Shown here: in pieces, positions 9,119 to 17,419 of the stretch
How positions within the stretch are numbered: the stretch's first letter is position 1
Layout of the letters: the number at the start of each line of letters is the position of its first letter
Source of the DNA: a virus
Lineage: Duplodnaviria; Heunggongvirae; Uroviricota; Caudoviricetes
IMG/VR virus record: IMGVR_UViG_3300010409_000003
Direction: 5' to 3' (one strand)
DNA length: 64,000 nt
Position numbers and translations under genes: made by a program
The notes under the pieces: generated by a model
What the model saw: the letters and a program-made list of their open reading frames with translations, nothing else
Databases searched by the model: none
What the model was told of the DNA's origin: nothing

Positions 9119-9511
9119 ATGGATAACAAGAAAGCTAAAGCTTTGATAGAAAGATTAACACCTACTAACGAGTGGGGATGCCAAGGTTTACCTTGGGGGG
9201 ATGATGAAAATTGGTTAGGTAATCATATTAATTTTAATAAAGATAAACGTATTATGCGTAAAGTTAAAAAGTTACTATCAGATAGCTATTATAAGGACGT
9301 AATAAGCTACATTAAAGATTGCGAAGGTGGTTTTAACTTTGATATTACTTTTAAATACTCAGGTGATGAGTACTCTGAGGATTGCTATGAATTTAAGAAA
9401 GCGTATGTAGACCAGTACACTAATGGTGGTTATAGTGGGGATGAATTTGCAGGTCAAGTGTGGCTACCTATAACCCCTAAACGATACTTAACTTTCCATT
9501 ATGCTATGTAG
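9119..9511 (+). CDS. hypothetical protein
   Basis: 130-aa ORF. Confidence 0.5.
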   Translation: MDNKKAKALIERLTPTNEWGCQGLPWGDDENWLGNHINFNKDKRIMRKVKKLLSDSYYKDVISYIKDCEGGFNFDITFKYSGDEYSEDCYEFKKAYVDQYTNGGYSGDEFAGQVWLPITPKRYLTFHYAM

Positions 9512-9530
9512 ATTACAAGGAGAAGATTAG

Positions 9531-9722
9531 ATGAGAGTAATGTTAAATTTTAAATGCACAAATAATGAATGTAATCACATTGAAGAAAAGTTCGTAGATA
9601 GTAAAACTAAGGAAGTTTCGTGTACAGTTTGTAATAGTGTAGCTAATAAGATGCTGTGTGCTCCTAAAGTTAAGGGGAATACTACAGGTAGTAGTCCTAG
9701 TTATTCTAAGTTTAAATATTAA
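9531..9722 (+). CDS. hypothetical Zn-ribbon protein
   Basis: 63 aa. CTNNEC...CTVCNS. SD ACAAGGAGAAGATTAGATG. Confidence 0.5.
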   Translation: MRVMLNFKCTNNECNHIEEKFVDSKTKEVSCTVCNSVANKMLCAPKVKGNTTGSSPSYSKFKY

Positions 9723-9737
9723 ATAAGGAAATCTTCA

Positions 9738-9932
9738 ATGAATAAACAAGAATTTAAAGCATTAAATAACAAAATGCTCGCAGCATTAAAGAAACACCCT
9801 AATATTGTTGAAGCAGGTGTAGAGGTCTCACATCATCCTCATCCTTTCTATGGTGATATATTTAGAATTGGAAATGAAGTATATGCATTAAGTAATGATG
9901 GTGATGTTGCAGAATGGAAGAGGGTACAATAA
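9738..9932 (+). CDS. hypothetical protein
   Basis: 64-aa ORF. Confidence 0.45.
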   Translation: MNKQEFKALNNKMLAALKKHPNIVEAGVEVSHHPHPFYGDIFRIGNEVYALSNDGDVAEWKRVQ

Positions 9933-9933
9933 T

Positions 9934-10113
9934 ATGTGGTATACATTTTCAGATAAGAGTTATGTGCACGCCTCTTGTAAGTGGTGGCAGGTAGTTAATT
10001 TTGTATGTGTTTATGACTCAAGGGGTGGAGTACAACCTATAACTACATATAAGGTTTTGTGTGTAAGGTTATGGAACCTAGAAGTTTTACGTGTAGTAGT
10101 TGAGGAATATTAA
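9934..10113 (+). CDS. hypothetical protein (trimmed from ORF 9895..10113)
   Basis: The Met at 9934 is preceded by GAAGAGGG. The longer ORF would overlap the upstream gene. Confidence 0.35.
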   Translation: MWYTFSDKSYVHASCKWWQVVNFVCVYDSRGGVQPITTYKVLCVRLWNLEVLRVVVEEY

Positions 10114-10115
10114 AT

Positions 10116-10550
10116 ATGAAAACAGTTAAAGGTAACTTAGTATCAGCAGTCCTAAATGGTGATGTTGATATGATAATGCATGTATGCAATTGTCAAGGTG
10201 TGATGGGCAGTGGTATCGCTAAGGAAATAAAAGAGAGAATGCCAGAGGCATATAAAGTGTATACTAGTTGGCCTATAAACTTAGGTGGCTATAGTAGTAG
10301 TAAAACCGTTATAAACTTGTATGCACAAGATAACTATGGCTATGGTAAACGCCAACTAAACTATGGAGCACTAAGTTTATCACTACAAGACGCATTCGAT
10401 GATTTAGATGAATCAGGTTTCAGAGGTACAATAGGTATACCTTATAAAATGGGTTCAGATAGGGCAGGCGGTGACTGGGAGATTGTACTAGAAATAGTAG
10501 AAGAATTAGCGGAGTATTATGGTATTGAAGTTGTTATCTACAAACTATAA
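10116..10550 (+). CDS. macro-domain protein (ADP-ribose binding/processing family)
   Basis: 144 aa. VDMIMHVCNCQGVMGSGIAKEIKERMPEAY corresponds to the macro-domain block (DAIVNAAN..GGGV..AI) including the Gly-rich phosphate-binding loop. Confidence 0.55.
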   Translation: MKTVKGNLVSAVLNGDVDMIMHVCNCQGVMGSGIAKEIKERMPEAYKVYTSWPINLGGYSSSKTVINLYAQDNYGYGKRQLNYGALSLSLQDAFDDLDESGFRGTIGIPYKMGSDRAGGDWEIVLEIVEELAEYYGIEVVIYKL

Positions 10551-10559
10551 GGATTAAAT

Positions 10560-10742
10560 ATGAAATTCGTCAAAGTTAAAGGTAAACAAGAGTGGCAATT
10601 TGAATTAAAAGGTGTTATAGTTAGGGTCACTAAGAAGAAGTATGAGGATGTTTACAAATTATATGTAGGCAACAATTGGTTTAGTTCTGACTTAGATAAG
10701 AATGTATTATTTGAGAGGGCTTATGAAATGTTTGATAACTAA
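10560..10742 (+). CDS. hypothetical protein
   Basis: 60-aa ORF. Confidence 0.4.
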   Translation: MKFVKVKGKQEWQFELKGVIVRVTKKKYEDVYKLYVGNNWFSSDLDKNVLFERAYEMFDN

Positions 10743-10753
10743 AGGAAATTACT

Positions 10754-11005
10754 ATGTATAACTACAGCGGTATTGAAGTTGCTAATATAGAATACCAAGA
10801 CTATACTTCTTGTAACCGATGTTCAGCTACTAATGAGATAACCTCTGTAGAAACTTTAAATGGTAGCTGTATCTCAAGTTGTGAAACGGTATGTACTGTA
10901 TGTGGTTTTGAAGATTCTTGGAGTTGTGGTTGGTATGCGAGTTCAGGGTACATAGATAGTAGATGTAATACCTATACGGTAGGTAATAACAAAATTAAGA
11001 GGTAA
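10754..11005 (+). CDS. hypothetical Cys-rich protein
   Basis: 83 aa with multiple CxxC pairs. Confidence 0.45.
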   Translation: MYNYSGIEVANIEYQDYTSCNRCSATNEITSVETLNGSCISSCETVCTVCGFEDSWSCGWYASSGYIDSRCNTYTVGNNKIKR

Positions 11006-11008
11006 TAC

Positions 11009-11215
11009 ATGAAAGGTTACTTAATATCAGTGTTTATAGTTTTCATATTATTTAGTATTCTAGGTAAATACTTGGAAGAAGATGGAGATAACAAATATGA
11101 CTATATATGGGGGTTATTCCTAAGTGTTCTGTGGCCTTTTGTAGTATTAGGAGTTATTTTCAGTAGTTTAATAGAGTTTATAGTAAATAAATTAAAGGAG
11201 AAAATTAATGAATAA
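11009..11215 (+). CDS. hypothetical membrane protein
   Basis: 68 aa with two transmembrane segments. Confidence 0.45.
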   Translation: MKGYLISVFIVFILFSILGKYLEEDGDNKYDYIWGLFLSVLWPFVVLGVIFSSLIEFIVNKLKEKINE

Positions 11216-11429
11216 ATATGAACAATTTAAAAAGTGTACCAACACTACATTTGATGGTGATTCATGGGATATTGAATGTAAATTAGGTTTATGGAGTGTA
11301 AATGGTGTCTGTGAACATCAAGTACAAGACGAAGCCTTACATTATTTCTTACAGTATTTATCTGATGGAGAGTACTTTGAGTTTGTTGGTGGTAAGAGTC
11401 CTACTGAGGTGTTGATGGAGAAGTTATGA
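11208..11429 (+). CDS. hypothetical protein
   Basis: 73 aa. SD AAAGGAGAAAATTAATG. Confidence 0.5.
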   Translation: MNKYEQFKKCTNTTFDGDSWDIECKLGLWSVNGVCEHQVQDEALHYFLQYLSDGEYFEFVGGKSPTEVLMEKL

Positions 11430-11599
11430 TGCTTACTGTAATAAAATTTATACTAATCTTACTAGGTTTGTTATTTGTATACCAATCAGGTGTTTGTCTG
11501 TTTGACTCTACAAGAATAAATGAACATTCAAGCGCTTGGTTTGCTATGGGTCTTGGAGCTGTTAGTATAATGTTAGGTATTTTTACACCTAATTATTGA
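11426..11599 (+). CDS. hypothetical small membrane protein (57 aa)
   Basis: Manual find: MMLTVIKFILILLGLLFVYQ... It has a start/stop overlap with the upstream gene. Confidence 0.35.
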   Translation: MMLTVIKFILILLGLLFVYQSGVCLFDSTRINEHSSAWFAMGLGAVSIMLGIFTPNY

Positions 11600-11793
11600 A
11601 TAAAGGAGGGTACACAATGAGTAAACAACAAAGTGATTTTTTAGCATCTGCTGCTGAGGAACTTAAAGTTATGATTGATTTAGCTAATGAACAATTAAAG
11701 AAAGAAGTTAGTTGTAATTCATTAGATCCACCAGATTATTATGATTATCAAACTTGTTATGAGTTGATGTGCCTATCTAGAGACCTATCCTGA
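11596..11793 (+). CDS. hypothetical protein
   Basis: 65 aa. SD AAAGGAGGGTACACAATG. Confidence 0.5.
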   Translation: MNKGGYTMSKQQSDFLASAAEELKVMIDLANEQLKKEVSCNSLDPPDYYDYQTCYELMCLSRDLS

Positions 11794-11925
11794 CACCTAA
11801 CAATACCTTTCTAAGCCTCTCAGAGCCATTCTAAGAGGTTTTCTCTCTCTTACCTAAGCTACCCTACCACTTAACTATTTAAACCTCTTAAATCGATTGT
11901 TTATAATTAATATTTACCTTAGTTC

Positions 11926-12045
11926 TAAATAGAAAAATCCTCGTAGCAAACTCTAAATTCACCTAAGAACTAAATAGAAAAATCTTCATATAGAAATACA
12001 AATTCTTTGTAAGCCTAAAGGACTAAATAGGAAAATCTTCGTAGA
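11926..12045. repeat. three direct about 22-bp iteron-like repeats CTAAATAG(A/G)AAAATC(C/T)TC(G/A)TAGA
   Basis: Copies at about 11926, 11968 and 12021 inside a 500-bp ORF-free gap. Confidence 0.6.
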
Positions 12046-12318
12046 GAATCTGAAAATCCTTTAGGTCGGTATAATTTTATATAGAATAATGACTTTTATT
12101 TAAAGCAGTAAGTAGTTAATGCACTATATAAGAAGCAATAAAATAATATTAAAAATAATTAAAATAAAACTAGACAAGGTTAATTAATGGGTATAATATA
12201 GCTACAACTTAAACAGAGAACCACAAACAAAAGGCGTTAACAATGATCAATCAAACAGAACAATCAAGCGTGTTAAGTTGGTGTATAATTATTGTGGCAG
12301 TATTACTATCGTGTTTAG

Positions 12319-12639
12319 TTGAAAATATCTAAAGGGGTGTTTAATATGATTACTAAGTTAAGCTTAGACTATTACAGACAAAGAAAAGTAAAAAATAATT
12401 TTAATGTGAAAGAAGACCAAATAAGCATACATAAGGTTATAAATTCCCAATGTGGCTACGATCCACACAATATGAAGAAGTTTGGGACTAGACGACATAA
12501 TAGCTTGTCACTTTTAAGGTCTTATTATAATCGATATACTAAAGGAGGTATAACACTAGACGAATTTATAAGATTGTTAACTACTAGGAAAGACCTTAAT
12601 AAATATTCAAAAAGATTCAAAAAAAAAAAATTAAAATAA
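12319..12639 (+). CDS. hypothetical basic protein
   Basis: 106 aa, Lys/Arg-rich, ends KRFKKKKLK. Confidence 0.45.
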   Translation: MKISKGVFNMITKLSLDYYRQRKVKNNFNVKEDQISIHKVINSQCGYDPHNMKKFGTRRHNSLSLLRSYYNRYTKGGITLDEFIRLLTTRKDLNKYSKRFKKKKLK

Positions 12640-12738
12640 ACTATTGACACCAACAATAAACAATGTAAAATAGCATTCAGAAGTTAAGCAATACATCTTT
12701 GACTAGGCAATTAAGCCAACCATTAATTTATAATATAA

Positions 12739-13413
12739 GTGAGAAATACAATGACTACATCTATCTTTTTAAATAACAACAATGAAGCAGCAACAATTAA
12801 TATTGAAACAGGGCATCCAGAAGGGCATGATCATTTTGTAGTAAGTAAAACGTGGGAACAACTAACAGATAGTAATAAACAAGATATTGCTAGCCAATGG
12901 ATTAAAGACAATGTTTATTGTAATGTAAATCAAGTAATGGAGTTGTTATCTTGTTGTGATACACAAGAAGACTACGAAACGTACTTATCTATTGCAGAAT
13001 ACCAAGATTTTGAGTATGCAAGTACTGACCATATTAATGATTTAAGTATTGAAGAGTTGTTAGAATTAATTGAAGAATATAACCTTGATTTAGTAACATT
13101 AGAAGAGAATGAAGGTAATTCACTTAGTTGTATTACTCATCAGGCTATGACTAATTATATTATCAACAATATTAACCTAGAACAATATGGACAAGACAAC
13201 AACTTAGAGCCAGAGTATCAACAAGCTTATGAATTTTGGAACGTATCCGACCACTTTGTTAGCATGTTACAAGATACGGAGCAATGCAGTAATGATATAC
13301 TAGGTTTATCAGTTTGGGCTAGATACTGTACAGGTCAATCAATTTGTTTAGACACAGCAATACAAAAGGCAGCTTTTAAAGTGTTGAGTGATACTAGTAT
13401 TAATAACTATTAG
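12739..13413 (+). CDS. hypothetical acidic protein
   Basis: 224 aa, strongly acidic. SD AGTGAGAAATACAATG. Confidence 0.5.
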   Translation: MRNTMTTSIFLNNNNEAATINIETGHPEGHDHFVVSKTWEQLTDSNKQDIASQWIKDNVYCNVNQVMELLSCCDTQEDYETYLSIAEYQDFEYASTDHINDLSIEELLELIEEYNLDLVTLEENEGNSLSCITHQAMTNYIINNINLEQYGQDNNLEPEYQQAYEFWNVSDHFVSMLQDTEQCSNDILGLSVWARYCTGQSICLDTAIQKAAFKVLSDTSINNY

Positions 13414-13478
13414 TAAACAATATTTTTATAGCTTATTAAATGTAGTAAGCTATTAGAGATAAATTTTATTAAGTGTAA
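13414..13478 (+). terminator. repeated terminator-plus-promoter module (copy 1; second copy at 14824..14884)
   Basis: tatttttatagcttattaaatgtagtaagctattagagataaattttattaa. Hairpin ATAGCTTATTA/TAGTAAGCTAT followed by a T-rich tract. It is about 90 percent identical to 14824-14884. Confidence 0.5.
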
Positions 13479-13484
13479 ATAAAG

Positions 13485-13694
13485 GTGATGCACATGTTAA
13501 CAATTAAACAAGTAAAAGAAAATGCTTATGTATTTGCAGTAATTATGGAAAGAAACGTAAGTATTAAACAAGCAGTTTCAAGTATTAATAATATATGTAA
13601 TTTAGACATTACTGAGGGTGATTTAAAGTGTTTGATTAGGTTACGAGTACATTACTTTAATATAGATAAAATATTCTCACAATACGAGGTTTAA
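13485..13694 (+). CDS. hypothetical protein
   Basis: 69-aa ORF. Confidence 0.45.
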   Translation: MMHMLTIKQVKENAYVFAVIMERNVSIKQAVSSINNICNLDITEGDLKCLIRLRVHYFNIDKIFSQYEV

Positions 13695-13697
13695 AAC

Positions 13698-13937
13698 ATG
13701 GCGGCATTTTTTTGGAGTAGTACAAGTACAAAAGAACGTATACAACGTTGTAATCAAAAGCTAGCAGATGCAGAGATAAAAGCTCATTTAGCCTTTGCTA
13801 AGTATTCAACTAATGCAAGACGACAGATAGCAGAAATAGAAATCGCTAACTTAATGCAAGAATATGATATAACACATGCTAGCGGTAGTGGTGTGCAAGT
13901 TGAAAATATTGGTAATGGTGTTAAGTTTAAATATTAA
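13698..13937 (+). CDS. hypothetical protein
   Basis: 79-aa ORF. Confidence 0.45.
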   Translation: MAAFFWSSTSTKERIQRCNQKLADAEIKAHLAFAKYSTNARRQIAEIEIANLMQEYDITHASGSGVQVENIGNGVKFKY

Positions 13938-14043
13938 TAAATTAATTTAAAATAAATGATAATAAAGTATTGACATACTAAACCAGAAGAGTAAAATACT
14001 TACATCAACTAAGCAATGGTGCATTAGTTAACAACAAAGAGAT

Positions 14044-14439
14044 ATGATTATGAGTAGTTCAATTGAAATTTTACAGATAAAGTTAGAAGAACTTAAAAGT
14101 AAATTAGATGACGTAAAAGTTAACCTTCTAGATAAACAAAGTGATTTAGAATCTATTGAATTGTGCCCCGATGATTTTATAACGGAGTATGAAGACTGTT
14201 TGAATGAATGTAACGGTGCGTTTATGGGAATGGATGCTAGTTATATACTAAAGCAGCTTGATAATACAGCGTACAGATGCGGGTTGATGGATTATGTTGA
14301 TACTAAAGACGTTACCGAGTGTGAAGAGTACAAAGAGTTAGAACAAGAAATTGAAGAACTTGAAAGTGATATAGAAGATTTAGAAAACGAAATATATGAA
14401 ATTCAAGAAGAATTAGAAGAATTGGAAAATGAAGAATAA
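14044..14439 (+). CDS. hypothetical highly acidic coiled-coil protein
   Basis: 131 aa. The C-terminus ELEQEIEELESDIEDLENEIYEIQEELEELENEE is extremely acidic. Confidence 0.5.
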   Translation: MIMSSSIEILQIKLEELKSKLDDVKVNLLDKQSDLESIELCPDDFITEYEDCLNECNGAFMGMDASYILKQLDNTAYRCGLMDYVDTKDVTECEEYKELEQEIEELESDIEDLENEIYEIQEELEELENEE

Positions 14440-14473
14440 CATTTAATTTAAACAACCATAGGAAACAACACAA

Positions 14474-14620
14474 TGTTAAATAATGCTAAAGTACAAAAGA
14501 TTAAAAACAAGAAGCTTAGAAAAGGTACACAATTCGATAGTGACCAAACATTTAAAATTGAACGTAAACTAGCTAGACAGAGTAAACAGTTTAATCAATG
14601 CCAGTGTATAGGGGGTTAGT
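14474..14620 (+). CDS. hypothetical small basic protein (48 aa)
   Basis: Manual find: MLNNAKVQKIKNKKLRKGTQ... Confidence 0.3.
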
Positions 14621-14824
14621 ATGAATGTATTATATGTAAATCCTATCGGGGGAGTAGATATTAAAGAGAACACTAGTATACTACCACGTGTAGGTGATAG
14701 TGTAGACTTGTACTACAACCCCTATCCTAAAGTGTCCGCAGTTTTATTACACCCTACTAGTGATACTCTAGGGAAGTTAGGTCTAGTGAATATAAGTATT
14801 GATGCAATAGTTACTATTAAATAA
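14621..14824 (+). CDS. hypothetical protein
   Basis: 67-aa ORF. Confidence 0.4.
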   Translation: MNVLYVNPIGGVDIKENTSILPRVGDSVDLYYNPYPKVSAVLLHPTSDTLGKLGLVNISIDAIVTIK

Positions 14825-14884
14825 TAAACACTATTTTTATAGCTTATTAGTTTAGTAAGCTATTAGAGATAAATTTTATTAACA
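14824..14884 (+). terminator. repeated terminator-plus-promoter module (copy 2)
   Basis: ctatttttatagcttattagtttagtaagctattagagataaattttattaa, near-identical to 13414-13478. Confidence 0.5.
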
Positions 14885-14902
14885 ATGAAAAGGAATAGAA
14901 CA

Positions 14903-15223
14903 ATGAATAAAACAATATTAGGATTTATAAAGCGTTCTGATGAGTATAAACTACTCTCTGAGGTGTTAGGACGTAAAGAGGCGTTAAAACAGCTTAAAAT
15001 AGTTGTACGTGCTAATAAAGGCCAATTAGAGGGGTATGACTCAGCTGAAACTGGTAGAGGCTTAAAAGTAAGGTTTGGTTATAATGGAAAACATCTCTGT
15101 TTAATGTCTTTTGTTGGTTGGAGACGCACACCGCAAGGGTTTAAATACTGGGATAATCTGAATGATAAGTTAGTATTAAAGATTAAAAATTATTGCCCAT
15201 CAAAAGATTACACATTTTATTAA
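14903..15223 (+). CDS. hypothetical protein (start trimmed to the Met with AAGGAA SD)
   Basis: ORF track 14885..15223. The Met at 14903 has the better RBS. Confidence 0.45.
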   Translation: MNKTILGFIKRSDEYKLLSEVLGRKEALKQLKIVVRANKGQLEGYDSAETGRGLKVRFGYNGKHLCLMSFVGWRRTPQGFKYWDNLNDKLVLKIKNYCPSKDYTFY

Positions 15224-15240
15224 AATAAATTAATAAAATG

Positions 15241-15300
15241 TGTTGACGTTTATATATAAATCCTTATAATAGGTTTCAAGAGTTAGGAAATGAGTTCCTA
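15241..15300 (+). promoter_or_regulatory. early promoter / 5'-leader module (one of three related copies)
   Basis: TGTTGACGtttatatataaatccTTATAATaggtttcaagagttaggaaatgagttcctaac. TTGACG-17-TATAAT is followed by the hairpin GTTAGGAA-atgag-TTCCTAAC. Confidence 0.5.
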
Positions 15301-15328
15301 ACAGATTATAAATTTTAGAGGTGTTACC

Positions 15329-15835
15329 ATGTCATTATTAAAAACTGACCATTTAGTAAATTTAGGCTCTTGGAAAAACTTTGCAGCAGGTACAGTTGAA
15401 GGGGTGTACCCTAATCCCGTAGAAGCAAATACAATTGCGGATTTAGTCTTATTTGAAAATAGTAGTCATGGTTACAATAGAGTATCGATTACGTTATGTA
15501 ATAGCTTTAATAGCGGTTACATCGGTGATAACATGGAATATAAGAAAGCTACTTTAAATAAGGCTATTAACGAAGACGATTTCAAGTCTAGTACTTTTAG
15601 CGACGATCAAACTATAAAGGATAGTGAATGTGATACAGGTTCTTTTTGTGAATATAACTTTGCTTTAACTCGAAAATATAGCTCAGATAATATTTATCAA
15701 ACTAAAGCTAATACATTAAGCGAACTACTATTACAAATGGCTAAAGATGGCTTGAAAGGTACAGTTACATTTCATTTTACACCGTTCTTTAGAGGTTCTA
15801 TATATGAACCTCTTACGTTAAGAATAGTATTATAA
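15329..15835 (+). CDS. hypothetical protein
   Basis: 168-aa ORF. SD AGAGGTGTTACCATG. Confidence 0.5.
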   Translation: MSLLKTDHLVNLGSWKNFAAGTVEGVYPNPVEANTIADLVLFENSSHGYNRVSITLCNSFNSGYIGDNMEYKKATLNKAINEDDFKSSTFSDDQTIKDSECDTGSFCEYNFALTRKYSSDNIYQTKANTLSELLLQMAKDGLKGTVTFHFTPFFRGSIYEPLTLRIVL

Positions 15836-15849
15836 GGTTAATAAACATA

Positions 15850-15872
15850 AGCCCTATTCAGGGCTTTTACTA
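15850..15872 (+). terminator. rho-independent terminator
   Basis: AAGCCCTattcAGGGCTTTTA. Confidence 0.6.
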
Positions 15873-15889
15873 AACAGGAGAATACAATA

Positions 15890-16279
15890 ATGACTACATA
15901 TATAAATAAATCACCTTACACGTTAGGTCAATTTGGTGAACAGTTAGAAACTATGACATCTCAAGACGTATTTAATATAGCGGCTGAACATTTAGTATTA
16001 CAAGGTGTTAAGAGTGTTGATGTAATGAATTTATGTGCTTATAATGGCGTACACGAAGGTGTAAAAGTGTGTTGTGCTGCTGCCCCTTTTATTAAGGATT
16101 ATGAAGAAGGTATGGAGAATTTACCTTTCAAGGATTTATACAATGTCAAAGATAATGTAGACTTAGTTCAAGAATTACAAATAATACATGACGGTAGTGA
16201 ACCTTTAGAATGGAAAGAAGAGTTAAGAGACTTAGCAGCTAACGAAGGTTTAGAATTACCTGAAATATTGGGAGATTAA
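15890..16279 (+). CDS. hypothetical protein
   Basis: 129 aa. SD AACAGGAGAATACAATAATG. Confidence 0.5.
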   Translation: MTTYINKSPYTLGQFGEQLETMTSQDVFNIAAEHLVLQGVKSVDVMNLCAYNGVHEGVKVCCAAAPFIKDYEEGMENLPFKDLYNVKDNVDLVQELQIIHDGSEPLEWKEELRDLAANEGLELPEILGD

Positions 16280-16300
16280 TTTAGAATAAATGCAAATTAG

Positions 16301-16370
16301 TTGTTGACTACTTAAATTAATCAATGTTAAGATAGCTTCAAGAGTTAGGAAACAAGTTGATAACAACACT
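16301..16370 (+). promoter_or_regulatory. early promoter / 5'-leader module (copy 2)
   Basis: gttgactacttaaattaatcaatgttaagatagcttcaagagttaggaaacaagttg, near-identical to 17021-17090. Confidence 0.5.
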
Positions 16371-16388
16371 AAATAGAGAGTAAATAAA

Positions 16389-17000
16389 ATGCAAATATTA
16401 AATAGATACACAAATGAAGTTATTATAGAAAGTTTAGAAGTTAAGACTATTAAAGAATTAGTAGAATTAGCTGTTAAAGAAGACGCAAACTTAAGAGACG
16501 CAAACTTAAGAGATGCAGACTTAAGAGATGCAGACTTAAGAGGTGCAAACTTAAGAGGTGCAAACTTAGTAAGAGCAAACTTAGTAAGAGCAAACTTAGT
16601 AAGAGCAAACTTAGAAGATGCAAACTTAGTAAGAGCAAACTTAGAAGATGCAAACTTACCTAATTTTTTAATAACCCCTGAAACAGGATCTTTTCAAGCG
16701 TACAAGAAATTAAGACATAATATAATAGTTAAGATTTTAATACCAGATGATGCTAAGAGAACTAATAGCTTAATAGGTCGTAAATGTAGGACTAATGAGT
16801 TCACTATTACAGAAGTTATGCAGAACCCTGCTAACATTAGTTTCAGTGAACACAAACCTTTACAATCTACACATTATGCATCAGAAGGATACTATCTAGG
16901 GGGTACTTTCAAAGAGCCTGCGTACGATGATGATATCCGTTTAGAGTGTACTAAAGGTTTGCATTTCTTTATGACATTAAAAGAAGCCCAAGATTGGTAA
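16389..17000 (+). CDS. pentapeptide-repeat protein (N-terminal A(N/D)LR(D/G/V) repeat array, about 18 repeats, plus a C-terminal globular domain)
   Basis: Reads [58 protein letters not shown], the hallmark of the Qnr/MfpA-type right-handed quadrilateral beta-helix. Confidence 0.7.
   Translation: MQILNRYTNEVIIESLEVKTIKELVELAVKEDANLRDANLRDADLRDADLRGANLRGANLVRANLVRANLVRANLEDANLVRANLEDANLPNFLITPETGSFQAYKKLRHNIIVKILIPDDAKRTNSLIGRKCRTNEFTITEVMQNPANISFSEHKPLQSTHYASEGYYLGGTFKEPAYDDDIRLECTKGLHFFMTLKEAQDW
16483..16665 (+). repeat. tandem 15-bp DNA repeats (gcaaacttaagagat-like) encoding the pentapeptide array
   Basis: About 12 head-to-tail copies with minor variation. Confidence 0.7.
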
Positions 17001-17020
17001 TTAATTTAAAATAAAGTGTT

Positions 17021-17090
17021 GACTATCTAAATTAATCAATGTTAAGATAGCTTCAAGAGTTAGCAAACAAGTTGCTAGTAATAACTTAGG
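17021..17090 (+). promoter_or_regulatory. early promoter / 5'-leader module (copy 3)
   Basis: gttgactatctaaattaatcaatgttaagatagcttcaagagttagcaaacaagttgcta. The hairpin TAGCAA-acaag-TTGCTA shows a compensatory change relative to the 15271 copy. Confidence 0.5.
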
Positions 17091-17101
17091 GTTATAGGTT
17101 T

Positions 17102-17371
17102 ATGAATAAAATTAAGATAACATTACAAGAATCAGGTTGGTGTACTGACCTACGTATTAACGGACGGGATTTAGACGCAGGTTACAAAGTTAATTATAGT
17201 CTAAATGGTAAGTTAAAAAGTAATAAGGTGTATATGCATAATAGCGGTAGGAGCATAACCTTATACATAAAAATAAAAGGTAAAAGAGTAATGCTACAAA
17301 ATGAGGAAGTTATATATAATGTATCTCCCTACTCACTAGGTATCTATAAGAAGTGGTACATTGAGGTGTAG
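17102..17371 (+). CDS. hypothetical protein
   Basis: 89-aa ORF. Confidence 0.5.
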   Translation: MNKIKITLQESGWCTDLRINGRDLDAGYKVNYSLNGKLKSNKVYMHNSGRSITLYIKIKGKRVMLQNEEVIYNVSPYSLGIYKKWYIEV

Positions 17372-17387
17372 TAAGTAGTTCACAGAT

Positions 17388-17415
17388 AGCCCACTTTAAC
17401 AGTGGGCTTTTTATT
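17388..17415 (+). terminator. rho-independent terminator closing the rightward early block
   Basis: AGCCCACTttaacAGTGGGCTTTTTATT. Confidence 0.7.
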
Positions 17416-17419
17416 GCCT

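Noticed and set aside
11790-12320. tRNA genes in the larger intergenic regions (also 17400-19270, 30050-30730, 37750-38220)
   Set aside because: I looked for T-loop-like GGTTCGAATCC/GTTCAAATC cores with matching acceptor stems and found none. A proper covariance-model scan was not possible, so this is a weak negative.
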